A stretch of DNA of 15,626 bases, from assembly GCA_016839785.1 (NCBI GenBank), contig JAEOTQ010000113.1, positions 1-15,626 on the forward strand. Direction: 5' to 3'. Made by a program: the position numbers and the translations under genes. Below the pieces are notes generated by a model that searched no databases, was not told the origin of the DNA, and worked only from the letters and a program-made list of their open reading frames with translations. The stretch comes from Candidatus Hodarchaeota archaeon. GTDB taxonomy: Archaea > Asgardarchaeota > Heimdallarchaeia > Hodarchaeales > Hodarchaeaceae. Positions within the stretch are counted from its first letter, which is position 1; each line of letters begins with the position of its first letter. Below, in pieces: positions 15,039 through 15,626 of the stretch.

Positions 15039-15626
15039 ATGGTATTCAAATTACTTGGAATAAATGGTTCCCCCAAAAAACCTGCTGCGAAAACTAATTC
15101 TAAATTCTTACTAGATGTCACCTTACAAAGTGCAAAAGAACATGGAATCGAAACAACAACGATTAATCTAACTGATTACACCATTAATTTGTGTAATGGC
15201 TGTGAAGTTTGTCCCACAAAACCTTGCCCTCTTGATAAGGATGATGATTATCCAAAGATAGAAGCTCTGATCCAAGAACATAATGGATTGGTAATTGCTT
15301 CTCCCTCATACTGGTCTGGCCCTCCAGGCATTTTGAAGAATTTTTTCGATCGTTCTCGTGATAATAAAATGCCTAAACAATTATGGGAGGGAAAAATCTT
15401 TTCTGCTGTTGCTGTTTCGGGCCTACGGGTTGGCGGACAAGAAGCGGTTATCTCCCAGTTAACTACGTTTGGATTAGCCCATGGAATGCTAATTCTTGGA
15501 GGTACAGGTCACCCCTGGTTTACATCTCCCTTTCCAATGGGTTCGATGATGTATGAAGAGGTCAAAGAAGACGAGGTTAAAATAAAATTCCGACATGTCA
15601 AAAAAGACATTATTGCGATCCGTGAT
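15039..15626 (+). CDS. Iron-sulfur flavoprotein / NADPH-dependent FMN reductase (flavodoxin-like) family, 3' truncated
   Basis: Manual translation: MVFKLLGINGSPKK...TNSKFLL...CNGCEVCPTKPC...ASPSYWSGPPGILKNFFDR...GK...GGQE. Compact CX2CX2CX4C cluster motif; GGAG at 15026-15029; 196 codons open to the window end. Not in the ORF track. Confidence 0.92.
   Translation, partial: MVFKLLGINGSPKKPAAKTNSKFLLDVTLQSAKEHGIETTTINLTDYTINLCNGCEVCPTKPCPLDKDDDYPKIEALIQEHNGLVIASPSYWSGPPGILKNFFDRSRDNKMPKQLWEGKIFSAVAVSGLRVGGQEAVISQLTTFGLAHGMLILGGTGHPWFTSPFPMGSMMYEEVKEDEVKIKFRHVKKDIIAIRD

Noticed and set aside
1-15626. CRISPR array, IS element, prophage or defence system
   Set aside because: No regularly spaced repeats, and no transposase, integrase, nuclease or phage-like proteins were recognised.

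Overview
AT-rich, gene-dense window. It is most consistent with an Asgard archaeon (Heimdall/Hodarchaeales-like). This is inferred from a Rab/Ran-like small GTPase with no prenylation motif, a membrane-anchored metzincin with Ca-binding repeats, and an archaeal-type HTH-PRT regulator. Left to right: a partial UbiA-family prenyltransferase (missing from the ORF track) coupled to an internally duplicated membrane protein; a structured intergenic region; an EamA/DMT transporter; a minus-strand run of metallophosphoesterase, small GTPase, MFS transporter and BtrH/papain-like protein; the metzincin; the HTH-PRT regulator divergent from a complete ECF transporter operon (S-A1-A2-T), with a repeated candidate operator between them; a class II FBP aldolase and a histidine phosphatase; a second structured intergenic region; an NTF2-fold protein; a transglutaminase-like protein; and a partial iron-sulfur flavoprotein (also missing from the ORF track). 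No rRNA, tRNA, CRISPR array or transposase was seen. All family calls come from motif recognition by eye, with no database search.
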